64,000 nucleotides of DNA from Nemertoderma westbladi (GCA_032718475.1 JAUCBJ010008729.1:1486-65485), one strand, 5' to 3'. Shown: positions 12,832-28,045, counted from the stretch's first letter. Notes: generated by a model not told the origin, from the sequence alone. A program made the numbers and translations.

Positions 12832-14568
12832 AGCTGCTATATGAGTTTAACAATATTATAATTAATTATAATTAGGCTAGCGGGCGTCCCTGCCTACCCC
12901 TCACGGCCCCCGGACAGCGCAAGATCCTCAGCGCCGATGTACTGTTGTCGCGGTGTCTATCGCCAATGTAGTAGCTACACAATGACAACAATAACCAGCG
13001 CTAGTCACTCCACTGTCCATCCCAAGGGCTTAGATTTACTTCAGGTTCTCACTGCAGAGTTAGGGCTACTTTCACAACTGCGACTAGCTACTGTAAACAC
13101 ACTTTAGTAGCAACATTCACCTATAAACGCACAAACTCCACACAACTGTCATAAATCGTACACATTCGGGCCATTTGTCCGTTAGTCAAGTGCCTTCCAG
13201 AATTCCACGTTATTATTATATATCCTTGGATACTAGCAGTGCACTATTTATTCCATATGCTATTCAATGGGGCAAGCTTTCTATTGTTCTTTTAACTCGC
13301 TTCTAATTCTAGCGTGGTTGTTTCTATGGTGACATTATGGAAAGCTAGCAGTAGAATTAGGGTAATTTTCATGCATACAGATCTGGGATGCTATTTAATA
13401 TAATAGTAATTCTTTAATTGTCAATATTCCCCTTTATACATGATTTTATGAATTTTATCGGCTATTGACTATATATTGGAGATTCTCGCACACTAATATA
13501 CTTAATAGGGTGAATCTCCGCTCCCATGATCTATTAATTAATGGAATTTTGGGAATGTTATAAATTGTATAAAATAACAATTTATCAAATTCATGAAAGG
13601 ATATGAATTTAAATTTATTCCCGTAAATTTTATTATTTAATATTAAATAGGCACAATTTTATTCCAGAGCATGTCTGGGGACTAGGATCCTTGATTCTAG
13701 GAAATTTGTCCTTTTAAGAGTATCGGTAAGTGCTACGATATCTTAATCGACTAGAATTTTTAAAGGATCTAAATTTTAACAGATCTTGATTTATAGATTT
13801 TCTCGGTTTACAAACTCCTTAGAGTTTATTTGTGTGCATTTACTCTATTATAACATTTGTTTTAATAGATTTTTATAAATATTAACTATGTAATATTTAA
13901 GATGGGCACCGATTTATTCCAGAACATGTCTGGGGACGTTAACCACTGATTCTAGAATTTTGTCTTTCAAGTATATCGGTGGGTGCCGCGATATCTTAAT
14001 CGACTAGAATTACAGATGGTCAAAGGGTTTAACAGATTTATTTGCGTTGTACGCTACTGTTAAAGGGACATCACGCTACTACAGTATATGTATTATTTAA
14101 TATACGGTATGAGAGCAATATTGCAAGAAACAATGTCAGTGAGAAGAGGCAAGTCGTTTCCAAGGTCTACCCAGAGCTTGGTTTAGCCGAGACACGAGGA
14201 TCTGAACTTTGCATTCCTAATACTCTACTTACCAATAATACTTGAGTATAGTAGGAGCTTTATTGTACTTTAATAAGTACGGACATTTCATCTTACTGTA
14301 GTCACGTATTTATAATATGATACGGACAGTAAGGAAAGAGAAAGAATTATTTCTCGCCGTTACGCTAAATATATAATATAAGTAATTAAGTAATAAACGC
14401 GAATATATATTGCACTAATCTACTAAATAATCGCTAAAATAACATTCTACTAAATAAAAATTAAAGAAAAACGATTATTATAAAATTACATAATAATACA
14501 TACCTAAATATAAAAATAATAAAAAACGAATATAAAATAATATGGTCACACACCCACTCCAGACGCTG

Positions 14569-17500
14569 TTACGTTGGGGAGTCCCTAGATGTTTGTGAGT
14601 TTAGGGAGGTGGTCGTGGGAAGAGTATCTTGCCTTCCATAGTTTCCGGATAGTTCTCTGTCTCTTTCCAGTAAACATAAACGACCAACTGGGCGATTGAG
14701 CTGCTGCGTCTCGAATACAATTCCAGGTTTCTTAAAGTTACGTCGCATGACGACGAGTTCTACCGATCGCACTAAACCATCATCTGAGATATGAGTCTCG
14801 ATGATACGACCTGTCTGCCACCGCTTACGTGGAAGATCTGATTCCAGAATAAGGACCATGTCTCCGGCGCTGACGTTTTCTTGCTGCGCAAACCACTTGG
14901 TTCGAAGTTGTAGCGTAGGCAGATAATGTTTTTCGAAATGGTCAGCGAAACGACGGGATAATAACTGCATAAGTTGCCAAGTTTGTTGGCAGTATTCGTC
15001 TCCGTCCGTGATTTCCGATCGTGGGAGCATGGCTACAGGTTTCTTCAGTAGGAAGTGCGCGGGTGTTAGCGCTTCCAGGGAGTCGGGACTCGATGAGACT
15101 GGCATAAGTGGTCTTTCTTTAAGATAGGCGGCGATTTCTTTCATTAACGTCCGCAAAAGTTCGTCGGTGAGATACGCGCGGCACGGCACTATAAAGTGAA
15201 ATGTGGTCTTCACGCTTCTTATTAATCTCTCCCAACTTCCTCCCCACCAAGGGGCGTCAGCGGCGTTGAATGTCCAGCTAGATGCTGTTACTCTTAGCTG
15301 ATCGTCCACCTGTCTTTGGTTCCAATCTCTAACGTAAGCCTTGATCTCATTATTGGCGCCAATGAAGTTCGTTCCCTTATCAGATCTCATCGTGTTGCTA
15401 GTTCCAAAGCGAGCGATCTGTGGGCGTAGACTCAGTATGAAGCTGTTGGTAGATAGATCGTTCACCATATCTAAATGGATCACTCTACAAGTCATACAGA
15501 CAAAGATGACACACCATCGCTTGACTATAGTCCTGGCACGATATACTTCAATAGGGCCAAATAAATCCACACCGGTATTAGTAAAGGGTGGTTCATAGAA
15601 GCTTACTCGTTCCCTAGGTAATTCTGCCTCTCGCTGTGTTAAAGGCCTACTGAATGCTTTCCTACAGGGTATACAGTTCCTAAGAACTTGGTTCAGAGCT
15701 CTACGGGGTTTATGAAAATAATAGCGAGTTCGAATTTCGCTAAGAACTCGTTCTCTACCAGAATGATAAAGCTTACTGTGAACATCTACAATCATCTTGA
15801 TTTGTATTTCAAGATTTCTAATGAGTATGGGAAACTTAGTGTCAAAGGATAATGGAGCATTAGTTAGTCTCCCTCCAACGCGTATTAACCCATCTATCAT
15901 TGTGCTAGAGAAACGATCCCTTAAGCGCATCTGTGGATTTCTCAACAACAGGAAATACTTATCGGAATCTTCATAGCATTGCAGGAGTCTCAGTATCTGC
16001 TTATTGGTTTCTTCATGCTCCTGGTAACTGATCTTCTCCGTCAGAAACCTATCTGAGATTTTATATTTGGGAAGATCTTTAATAGCATGGACCTGCACAG
16101 ATGTCAGTGGAGCGGTATCACTAGCGATCTTCGTCCTGGAGTAGTGATGATGAAAGCATTGCTTTAAATATACGATGGCCTTACAAAGCCGATTCCAGGA
16201 GCTATAGTGATTTATCGCTCTCTGCAGGAGAGTGTGAGAGTCCCTGCGAGACGTCTGGTGTTCCAGATTTCCAGTCTCTCTCTCTGATTTCCACAACAGA
16301 CTTATTTGTGGCAGGGGAGTTTAGATCCACAGCGTCGTCTCCGGAAATATGTAGTACAGACAGATCTATCACGGGTTTAAATAACTTCGATTTACTCGTC
16401 CGGGTTTTAGGTTTGACTTTCTCCGCTCCCTTGGCTTGTCTAATCTCAGCCGTGATAAGATGAGGAGGCCATTCATCTTCTTCTTTACTTAGGAAGTCGG
16501 GTCCACCTAACCAGTCTGGAGTGTCTACCAGTTCTTGAGGAGTTGCTCCTCTGGAGGCGATGTTGGCTGGATTAATCGTCCCAGGGCAATGTCTCCATTG
16601 ATCTACACTAGTGCGACTAAGTATAATGGCTACTCTGTTGGTAACGAAGACGCTGAACTGACAGACTTCATTGGTTATATACTCCAAAACGAGTAAAGCA
16701 TCGGTCCAATAGACAGTTTTCTCCAGTGGATAGTCGATCTGTTCTGTGACATTCCGGCCGATGGCTGTAGCGTATAGAGCCGCCTTTAACTCCGCTCGAG
16801 GAACTAGTAGCTTGTTGTTTATCAAGGCCTTAGAGGTAACCAAGGCGACTTTAATTCCATCCGGAGTTTCAACTCTCAGGTAGGCTACTATACCTATTCC
16901 CATATCGCTGGCGTCTCCAAACACATGGAGTTGATAGGAATACGTGGGGAGAACATGACCAAATTATGAACGGGAAATCGTAAAGTTCTCGATGGATGGT
17001 AGAGAATCTTCCCATTTCATCCACTTCTTTAGTAGTTCTCCCTTAAGTGGATCGTCCCACGAGTGGTTTTCAAGCCACATATGTTGAACTAAACTCCGAG
17101 CAACCAATATAACTGGGCTAATAAATCCCAATGGATCGAAATAAGTGCTCAGGATACTTAGACAAATCCGTTTAGTTTGAACTGGATTATCTCGCTGTTT
17201 TAGCTGGAAAAACAGGATATCTCTCTCCGTGTCCCATTTCAAACCAAGCGTCGTAGTTTCTGGAAGATCGTCCTTGATTAGGTCCAGGTCTTTAACTCCT
17301 CGGTCTTCTACCGGGATCGATTCCAGAAATTCACGGGAGTTACTAGTGAATTTGGTTAGTCTAAATCCACCATGTTTCAAACACTCTACCATTCCCTTGG
17401 CAACATCAATGGCTTCTTTCACCGATGGGAGGGACTTTAAATTATCGTCCATGTATATATCCCATTTGATGTTGTCGATAACCGCTTTAGAGAAGGCATC

Positions 17501-19093
17501 TCGGTTGTCATCAGCAGTGGTGCGCACTACTGAACAGGCGTTCGAGGGGCTCAAGATGATTCCGAAAGCCTGGATGGTCATCCAGTACTCCACAGGTTTT
17601 TGGCTGAGCTCTCCTTCAGGCCACCACAGAAATCGCAGGCTGTCTCGATCCCTATCCAGCGCCTTAACTTGTAAGAACATGCCTTCTATATCCGAGGCGA
17701 AGGCGATCGAATATTGCCGTAATCTTAAGAGTATTCCCAACAAGGATTGGAGTAAGTTGGGTCCCGGCAACAACTCCGAGTTAAGGGATTGGCCCATGTA
17801 AAGGGCGGAGCCGTCAAATACTACCCGAACTTCGTTGGGTTTACTGGGTTTGGGAACGTAATGATGGGTTAAATAATACGTTCTTCTCAGTGTTTCTTCC
17901 GGTACTCGCTCCGCATATCCCTTATTGATAAATTTCTTCAGCTGGGTCTTGTACATCTCTTTAGCTGAAGCATTTGCCGTAAGGCGTCGATGTAATTCCG
18001 CGATTCTTTTCTCCGCCAAGGGTCGGTTATTTATAAAATTAGGTTCTCGCTTTTGGAATGGCAGACCAATCTCATACCTCCCTTGATCTCTAAGGAAACG
18101 TGTAGTCGTTGCCTGGATCTGCTTGGCTCTTTCCTCCTCGACCGATAGTGCTTTGTCGTAGGAATTAGGCTCTATAGCTTCTTGAGTAAAGAATCTTACG
18201 GCGTGTTCGTCGCGAATCCTAGCGTTATGTCGATCTATCACCTCATTTAGCTCATCATTGTAGTTGAGTTGTCCGCCATGATAGATGAGATGGCAAAGGT
18301 GCACTTGGTTTCTCCAAGCTTCACTTTCAGTGAGGAGGTCTATCGTATTTTCCTCGTCAAATAGTTGGGTAATATCGTCGTTATCTGAGGAGTATGGTGT
18401 TCCCTCAGGTGTGATTTCTCCCTCACTGATTTCTTCTTCCCATTCACTCATCTGATGGATTTGTTCAGTGGGTAATCTTTCCATGAGCGTTCTACGGGAA
18501 GGTCCAGTGAAGTACCAACCTACTCTAGTTCTTCCCGCATAGGTTTGCAATGGTTGCGGTCGAGCAGGTCGTTTCTCTAATGTCTCAAGCGCCTCATGCG
18601 CATATTGGCCGATTAATATTTGCACCCCTGGGTAGTCGGTGTTGAATCTAGGGATATTATGTTGCTGGGTAAAATCGTCTTCATCCCAGTTGTAAGGTTC
18701 TACTTGGCTGGTAGCAAAGTTCTTTATCGCCACCATTTTTACTGACCTTATGCTGTGTTCTCCTAGTTCGTCTTGGGGAGTGGACAACGCGCCTACATAG
18801 TAGTCTGTAGCTACTGTAGATTTCCAAACCTGCATAATTCCTGAAAGGTTCAACTTAGTTCGGAACTTTGGTTGTCCTGCAAAGATGTCTTCGGCTAGTT
18901 CTTTATCAATGAACGTTCCTGTGCTGCCGGAGTCCAGGAGTGCGTTGACTATAAAACTCTTACTTAATCCATGGACTCTTAGCTGAACTACGGGGAATTC
19001 CCGGATTCCGACATTGGAAGTTGGTGATTTCCAAGATGGTTGTCGGTCAGGAATAACCGGGTGCGCTTCGTTATCGGTTTCTTTCAGTCTCAT
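14569..19093 (-). pseudogene. Element A pol (aspartic protease, RT, RNase H, integrase), broken into 3 frames
   Basis: LLDSGS; RVVFDGS, DIEGMFLQ, YMDD, FDPLG; FGDAS, RAEL, WTD; H-x4-H..C-x2-C, GVDLFGP, SDKGTNF, GGSWERL. Confidence 0.93.
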
Positions 19094-22000
19094 ACGTAAG
19101 CGCTCGATACACTGCGGTGTTTATCAGATAACAGGATTCGTTTTCGTCAGAGAATTCGTCCGTGTAGAATCCTTCCATCTCAGAACTTTGGTCAGTGTCG
19201 TTCACATCACTGAATTGGACATGTAGTTCGGACTCACTTACCTGACTCGGGCTGTTTCTTTCAAATTCGGTGTGCAACAAGATATGATGTTTCGCGCCGT
19301 ACTTAGCACACCTCGCATCGGAGTAACAGGTTCGCCGTTGGTGTCCTTGTCTGAGACAATTATAACACAACCGCTTATCCCACATGACATCACGTCTATC
19401 TTTTAGGGATTTTTTTAAGAATTCATCACACACACTTAAACGGTGGGGCCCGTCGCACAATGCACATTTTGGTTTGATGTTACTTACTTTACCTTGGGTA
19501 ATGTTGTGCACACTCGTTCTTTCCTCGGGCTTTCTTCCATGAACTCTCTTGGGAGACGTAGGAGGAGTTTTTGTTACCTGTTCTCTCCGGTCACTGGTTC
19601 GAGACTTAAATTTACTTACGTCTTTAGGTGCTTTGTTGATATAGTAAGATCTTTCGGTGTCTTTCCCGTTGTTCTCCTCTTGAGAGGTCTGGCTTTCGCC
19701 GTCGTCTGTATAACACACTGGTGTTACCTTTCTCCTAGAAACGGGTTTTTCACTTACCTTATTTTCCGGTGTCTTCTCTCTGGACTGCTTTAGGAGCTGT
19801 AATTTTACCTCTCCATCTAAGAATGACATGAGATCAGCCATGGTAGGGTCTCTTTGTTGTTGTTCCATCATATATAGAACTCTTTTGTCCCAACGAGTAC
19901 CTACTCCACCCTTTGGCAAGGTAGATGCTACAGCTCCAATAACCATAGAACTCTGATATTCATGAGACTTACCTAGCCAATCTAATTGTCTACAAATCTC
20001 CTGGATCTCATCGGAAAATTCTATAATCCCGCTGCTAAGAAACTTTCATGGCGCTTCCAATTTCGCATACAAATACCTAGCTATGTTATTCCTATTACCA
20101 TACCTGATGTTTAGTGTATCCCAAACTTGTCTTAATCCATCCGGATGTCCAATAAACTTTAACGCCATTAACTTGGGAGATCCTTCCAAGCACTCGATGA
20201 GGAATCTAAGTTTCTCTCCGTTAGATAGCACAGAGTTATGTATGTTATCTTTATAATATTCATTCAAAGGTAACCATTTCATCTCATCTCCATTGAACTT
20301 GACGATCTCTCCCACCTTTACCGCTTGATGGGCTTCGGTTCTAGCCATTTGACGCGTAAAACTTTCTTGGGCCATCGTATTATTTAATATCGAGTTATCG
20401 GTATATAAATTTCTCGGATTATGATCAGGTCTATATGGAATATCATTATCAACAGGTTTATCGTTACCCTTAATAGGGTTTACTATAGGAGTTTCTACTT
20501 CACTAGCAGTATAGATGCGTGTAGGCTCCACACCTTGCGCATGAAATACTTCAGACCTAACAGGTTGACACATTGTTACAGGGGGTGGTGGTATACCCCT
20601 TTGTATATTTACTAATTTATCGTGTTCTAACGCGATACTCTGCTGCACTTCTTGCAGTTCTAACCTACCCTCTCTTACTGTTCCCTTTAACTGCTGCACA
20701 GTCCCTTCCATTTCTCGGACGTGCTGGGAGGAACGTATGCGCTGTTCCTCCAATTGTCCGAGCAGGAGATCCATCCCCCGCCGTCCCTCATGCACCCACT
20801 CGACTGCCGAAGCGGGAGCCGCCAACATAGTAGCGGGTAGACGAGGGACGACGGGCGATAAATCGTTGATGTCTCGCTCGGCGTCCAAGACTGGGACTGT
20901 TTCTGCGGCTATTCTATTGGGCACAGGTAATTTAGTACTGTGCAAAGGGAATTTAGAGTTAGGTTCTGGAAGTACAGGTGTCTCCATCACAGAGGGAGTG
21001 GCTTCGAGAACAGGCCTAATTATTTCAGGCTCATCTACTATGGTAGGGAGTCTTTCTACTCTAATAATTTGATCTGAAGGCTCAGGATTACTTAGATCTA
21101 CACTAGCTAGTTGCCTTCTCACGACTGGAGGCAAATTAGGCAATTGCTGACGGTGAGGCGTTCTTCTACGTCTGTAGTAACGAGATCTATTTCCTCCACC
21201 TTCAGGATCTGTCGTATCGCCTTCATCAGATGATGTAAATCCCTGTCTCTTGGGAGTAGATCGACTTATCATCTGCATATCACTAGCTGTTATCTGTTTA
21301 TTTAAGTAGTCTTGCTTCTCTTGAAGATTTTCCAACTCTAGTTGGGTTGCCTCTTCAGATGCCCTTCGTTTTGTTTCCGCCACCGCCACTGCCGCCTTTC
21401 TTTCCACTTCTGCAGCTACTGCTATCGCTTTTCTTTCCGCCTCTGCCGCTTTTCTTTCCGCTTCTGCAGCTGCTGCTGTCGCTTTTCTTTCCGCTTCTGC
21501 AGCTGCTGCTGCCGCTTTTCTTTCAGCCTCTATCGCTGCCGCTTCCTGTCTGTCTTCTATCTGTTTTTTCTTTAGCTGTTCTTCTTGGACCCTAATGATG
21601 CGGATTCTTTCATCAAATTTAGCTCGATTCGCTGCTAACCTTTCCGCATCTAACGAGTCTAGCACAAATTTGGCTCCCTCACTATTAGGGTGAATGTCCA
21701 GCTAGCCATCTCCTTAACTCTTTGTCACCTATAAATCGTTGATAGTCTGACAGATAGATGTCAATGGCGTCCTTCTTCTGAGGTTTCTCTGATGTCGCTT
21801 CGCTTTCCACCTGAGAAAAGGTAGTGTCTGTTGATTCTCCGTCGGTTGAGCGCTCAGTTAGCTGAATTTTCCATTGGGTCGTCCCTTGGACTTTAAGACC
21901 TACCCGTTGGAACCAAGTCTTTACGGCAACTTGCAACGACGTGTCTTGGCTTCTCTTCGAGGCTTCCTCAAAGGCTGATAGGATTAGTCTGATTCTTAGG

Positions 22001-22725
22001 ATTCTTTCTCGAACTTGATAAAGCAGCTCTCCCTGCTCTTGAGGTCCTTGGGGTTGTTGAAACAGTTGTTCCTCTAATCGCTCCAGAGAGCTGAAGAATC
22101 CTTGTACATATCCGGCTGCCGACCTCTTCCACACAGCTGGATCTCTAGTGTCCTTTACCACTCCCATCCTGTATAAGTCTTCCCAGGCAGCTTCCGATAA
22201 GTTAAACGGGAGTCTGGGTCCGCGGAAGTTCCATTGCGTCTCGACAATAGACTTTAGTTCCTCCATTGTGTATCCCGCATAACTGTCCTTGGTCGATCGC
22301 TTACTTCTCGCCCAATTGATTTGATGTTCCTCCACCGCAATCAATACCCTAGTGAGTACGGCTTCAGGAAGAATGAGAAGTGGATCTGAATAAACTGCAT
22401 CTGCCATCTTTGCTCCGCGCTCGGGTGTCAACTCTACAGTATCTGAACTACTGGAGCTATCGGGCCGCTGAGAAATAAGTTCTCGGTTCGAGTGTTGCTG
22501 CTGTTTAACAGCTGCCTCTTGGTCCCGCTTGACTTGAGCCCGAGTGCCTATGATAGACCTACGGTGCTTTACTAGCCTAGGGTCTCATACTACTACTGAA
22601 GGGATGACTTTTCTTACAGTAGGAGGGGACTTGAACTTTGGTCTCAAATGTTCGGTACTCCTGTCGGAGTCGCAGACTGTTGTTTCTAGGAGACTATCTG
22701 ATAGAGTTTGCTTTGTGTCAGCCAT
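19071..22725 (-). pseudogene. Element A gag (coiled coil, Pao-type capsid region, triple zinc knuckle), with stops and frameshifts
   Basis: ATG at 22725 is in frame with 21685..22431. KFNGD..W...EKLRFL..L...YG; C-x2-C-x3-H-x4-C, CYNC...GH....C and C..Y...HH.LLH knuckles. Confidence 0.88.
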
Positions 22726-24686
22726 GTTTGATTGTACAGTTGAATGCCTACTACTATAATGACAGTTAAAGCAAGTCTAGTAAATCAGTATCAACTGTTA
22801 GCCTAGTAATTAATTACCGATATCGTTACTCAATGTAACGCGATATATATATAATATATTAGAATACCGGTATACACTTATAGTATATATATAAGTATTA
22901 TTACAGACTAGGGTTTGTCACAGAATACCGGTATATAATTTCAGCATAAATATATAGAAATATATATAATAAGCCTACCGTGAATACCGGTATACAGCAT
23001 ACACTTATAGTATATATAAGTATGATTATAGAATAGAATTAATTACAGAATACCGGTATATAATTTCAGCTTAAATTTATAGAAATAAATATAATAAGCC
23101 TATCGTAAATACCGGTAATGTCAATTATTTTACGATGCCTAAATTTTTGAATTTTAGGGTTACTTTCCTTTACTTTATTACTGTTATTAAGCAGTAGTCC
23201 AACTGATGTTAAGACCTAATTGATGTATAACAGGCCTACTATTTTATAAATTGGTTTGAGTTGATTTATAATATATATATAACCGTATAATGGGTTTTTG
23301 ACAATATTTGAAATAAATATTATTATTTCTGGTAAGGAGTCACTACACAGAAGCTGAACGCTCTCAGTGGAGTGCTACTTGTTGGACACTAAAACAAATA
23401 ATTATACTTGACTAAGTTACTTATTACTACAAATTACATACAATTACTGGGCGAGATTTCAATCTCTAATAAACACAAAAATTACACGTACAAATTTTAG
23501 GGTAATTTTACAGGAAATCTAGAAACCAGCCTAACAAGGGGTTAGAATTTCTGGTTATTACAACGGACAGGATACTACGGTATTTGAAAATAATTAAGCA
23601 GTAGTAAATAAATTGCGTTGTCCAGATAAGAAAATACCACCATCTGACGACTTATAGTCTTTAGCTGTACAGCTCTATAAGTACTACGTTATGTACCCGG
23701 AGTGTTCTTACCTAGAAGTTAATTACCGCAGCCAACCAGAGCTAACGTGCCTATTAACCACTTTACAACACAAATATACTGCCTACACACTAATTACCTT
23801 CGGAAAGTACTGTACACTAAACCCTAAAGTAGGTACAAGTACTTATACAACAAATAACCAGCAGTTAAAAATACTTGTACAGCTAAAAGAACCACGGTAT
23901 CTGCTGGAGTGACTAGAGCATAAAATCACCAGTCTTTACCTACGCCAAGCAGCCCTGATGTAGTACCGGGGTTAATTTAACTATAACGGTATATATAACA
24001 AGCACAATTACTGTAGGAATAAACTTGGGGAGTTATGTATGTTGCGAATACTCGTATATACTCTGAATAATAAATATTACGCTATCCGTGCAGACTACAC
24101 AAACAAAATACAAACTAAACGCTGGCAGACTACTATCAAGCCTAAATAAACTACAGTATATGCAGACTCCGGAATGGTTAGTTAGTATGCGTTCTAACCG
24201 AGTAGTACGACTTATTCTTTCGGGGGGGATTTACCTTACAGCACTGGATGCCCCCACCTTCCTAACTAGTACTTTATTGGACATACACTCTACACACACT
24301 GCAATCTCTTCAGACTCAACAACAGTCAGACAACAATCCAGCCTACAAATTATTTGTACAATTTGAGCGGGCTTACACGCCTTCTGCTCAATATTACACT
24401 TACAAATAAATAAAACTGACAGAAATAAATAAGCTCTAAAAGAAACAAGGGGTGTACAGTCCCTAATCTCTTAAACAGCCTACCAATATACAATATCACA
24501 ATCGAAATAATACTGGTACCGGTAAGTACCGGTTCGGGTGGCTAGGTAGTTAGGCCTACAGGTTACCATCCGACCGGTACAGTCGAATTTATTGCCTACG
24601 TGCAATCAAAACAAAAAATCTATTATTGTTCTTACCAGAACAATAGACAACTATATTTTTGTTTCTAAAATTTGAAAATCTATTAT

Positions 24687-24972
24687 TGTTCGCGCTTTCA
24701 GACCTTTAGCAGTTTAACCTGCCAATTTTAGGTGTCCTCTTGTTTATAAATCGACTTTAGCCTATAACAACTATTTAATGCACATGAAGTAACATTAGCC
24801 GAAGCCAGTCTATGCGCGATCATTCACCCACAGTTAAGGGAGACTGGATTCGGATGCTTTGAAAGGATTGCGGTGCAGACCTACGGTATTATTCGATTGA
24901 TAGTTACTATATAATCTCTGACAATGTTATTCACTTTCGGGGAAATATTAACAGTTCCTTTAGGACGTGGCG
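24687..24972 (-). repeat. 5' LTR of element A, internal-side segment (split by B)
   Basis: Matches 8647-8932 apart from a few substitutions; ends at TSD TGGCG. Confidence 0.95.
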
Positions 24973-27169
24973 TGATAAACAACCGCGACCTCTATACTAA
25001 CAGCAGAACCGTTGAACAGACAAATACCCGTATACCTCTCTGCCAACCTAATGACTGTAATGAGCTCTCGCCTAACCAATAACAGAATAAGACACAAAGA
25101 CTGCACTACTGTTAAGTAAAGGGGATCAGGAGCGTGATATTACTAAATTGTAAGGGTTGCTAAATACAAAACCGCTACTTATCGTTAGATGGCGCTAATC
25201 TGCCGTACGCTAATATATTTACTAAATTTACACAACTCCTGCAAAATCGCTTGTTCCTTTCTCTACCGATCGCTCGATAGAGAGCTAACTGTTCGAATCT
25301 ATGAGCCACGCGGGAATAACCAAAACAATAAACCCGAGTCGGCTCCCTAAGCTTACTTAAGACGAGTGCGAGAGGCCTTGCACTCAGAGTATTCTTACGC
25401 CTAATTTTATCACTATTAAAGCACGCTATTACCTACGTCTTTCTAATCGCGAATACTGGAGGTTCCCTAACGTAATGTGTGAATGCGAGAATATTTAAAT
25501 ATCAAAACGGTACAGTATCTGTTCCTACGTAAATAACATCACTCCGGGTCTAAAATCGCCTGCAGCTGGCTTTAGACCAGCAAATTACTAGCGTATCGTG
25601 CGTACCGAATAGTACAATCTAGCTGATTGCCCGCTAATGCAAATAACCGCTCAGCGTGAATAGTTTACAGTACTCTAATTATTACTTTAGCTACTCTCCG
25701 CTATGCTGCGTACTAATTCTTAATTTTTACTAATTAATTACAGTCACAAATATTTAACAGCGTACTAATTACTAAGAGTTCCAGAATACGTAATTCTAAT
25801 TTATTACGCAACAAGTTTCGCTAGTAATAGCCTAAATTTGCCGTATTACTTTGACCTAATCAGTAACCAATTATTGTAACTAAGAAATAGAAATCAATCA
25901 AAGAAAAGGGGGGCGCCTACCTAAACATTCATAATCATAGGCACACTTCAATAACACACCAATCAGCGTTCACAGTTCGCAATTATGCAGTTAACTACTG
26001 TATAGTCCACAATTATGCGACTCACTATTCGTACTCTACATTTAACGTTATACGCTCTAATACGCTGTAACACGTGCAGGCCTCTCCCGGGTACATATGG
26101 GACTCCTAACTAACCTGATTCCTGCCCCCTAATACTAAATAGAGACGAAACCTGGATCATCAGCCCCCTAATTACTGTACCGGCGATAGGTCTGCCCGTT
26201 GCACGCAAGTTGCCCGACCCCCGCCAGCGTTGCCTGCCTTTGAATCCTCTGCTCTCCCTTAGTCGCTCAACCCCCCGATGTGCCCACCGCCCACTGGCGC
26301 CTTAGCCCTCCATTATGCTAATAGCTACCGTAGCGGCGCATGCAAATCACAAAGTCTGACAGTCTCAGGAATCCCTTAGGATTATTGCGCAGAAAAGAAT
26401 CACATAGAACCATTAATCAAAAGGTAGAAATCATAGTTCAGTTGTAATTAGCAGTAATCGACAGGAATTAATTGAGAAACACAAGCAAGAGTAATCGCAC
26501 TAGCAAATCATTCCAAGAAATTAATCAAATTAGCAAATTGCAGAAAAATACAAGTATCAAGAAAAACAGTAAGACAGGTGCTAGGGCTAGGTGTCATGTG
26601 ATGATAGGCTCTACCGGCACACCGCCAATTTATAGGTGATCCAGATGGGGTGATGCAATAGGGTGACTCAATCGCTTTCTTATTGGCTCTCCAGTCCGTG
26701 CTAGCACTAGACCAACCTGGAAGCAGCTAGTCCAATAAGGAGGCCGGATTGTAGCCCTATTTGCTCCCCTTCCTCGAATTATTACCATATATGGTAATGG
26801 TTCACGTCTCTGGCTGCTGAATGGCCAGGACAGCGTCCCTATATGCTAGCCCTACTAAAGCTAATATCAGCAAGCACGGAATCCAGGGTCCGAATAAACT
26901 TACCCTGGAACTATCTACATATAACCTAATACAAAATTACGTAGGTAGGGCTACATACTATACAAAATGGATGGATTCAAATATATGGGTGTTTCGATTT
27001 CCCTATCTAAATACCACTGCGTTATTATGCCTTATCTAAAATATCATGCTGCACAACGGACTAATATTACATACAGTATAACGGACTAATATTGCATACT
27101 GCATAACGGACTAATATTGCATACTGCATGATGACTAATATTATGGATACAGCGCCATATACCGTAACA
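24973..27169 (-). repeat. 3' LTR of element B (2197 bp)
   Basis: Near-identical to 42089-44304 (about 3 substitutions and indels of 6, 12 and 1 bp seen). Short ACGGACTAATATT tandem repeats at 27056-27143. Confidence 0.97.
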
Positions 27170-27181
27170 CCGCTCCAAGGG
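27170..27181 (-). other. Short polypurine tract of element B (minus strand CCCTTGGAGCGG|TG)
   Basis: Abuts the 3' LTR; GGAGCGG core shared with A. Confidence 0.7.
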
Positions 27182-28045
27182 AAATCATACAATGTTTCCC
27201 TCCAATTGTAGAAGAGTATAAGGTGATGTATACAAAACAAAATAAATTTCTTCCAACCAATCTAAATAACATAATAATTCTACTATTTACAAATATTGCC
27301 ATAGATATTGCATAATGAATTTACATACAAATTAAAATTACAAAATATTGTTTCTCGTTCGTTCTACATAATGATTACTACATACAAAATTAAATTACAA
27401 AATATTACTTCCTTTATTTACTTACAAATTGACGATCTACATATTGAAATGAAACATGGCTAGGACAATGTCCCCCATTTCCCATCTCAAATTAACAAGC
27501 AATATTAACAAGATAAACTAAATATAAACGTATTTGAGGCTAAATTTTTAACTAAATTGCATTAAAGGCCGATAATCAAATTAAATATAAAATACGTAAT
27601 AATTTCTTTCATTTTCGGACTTTACTTAATTTCTTATAAAAAACGCAAATCATCTTGGTTTGATGATTGCTAGGACAAGTGAAAGGAGTAAGCCAAACCC
27701 GCAGGTTTGTCTCCCCAATCACTTCCTTCGCCTCTCTCATAATATAAATTCAAATAATTATGCAACTAGTGTATATGAGTCTAGTCGGATATTTCTAAAA
27801 TGCTACAATATACATCAGAGCGACGATCATGTATATATCTAGAGTCTGTCGCCCTGTGATACGATGCATTAACAACCCGCTCCTGGGTTCTTCGGGCTCG
27901 CTCCTCTCTTTCGCCCTCTGCCCAGATACACCAGTCGTCCTCTAGTCGACTCTGTTGACGGCGTCCGTGAGGCGTCACTCCCCGGAACCGGCGACGACGT
28001 TCCCTGAGCCCCGACAGACTCCCGGCTCGCACTTCTCCCTCGGCC

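Noticed and set aside
26821-27039. 72-aa ORF present twice (also 43956..44174)
   Set aside because: It is duplicated only because it lies in the LTR of B, is antisense to the element, and has no recognisable motif.
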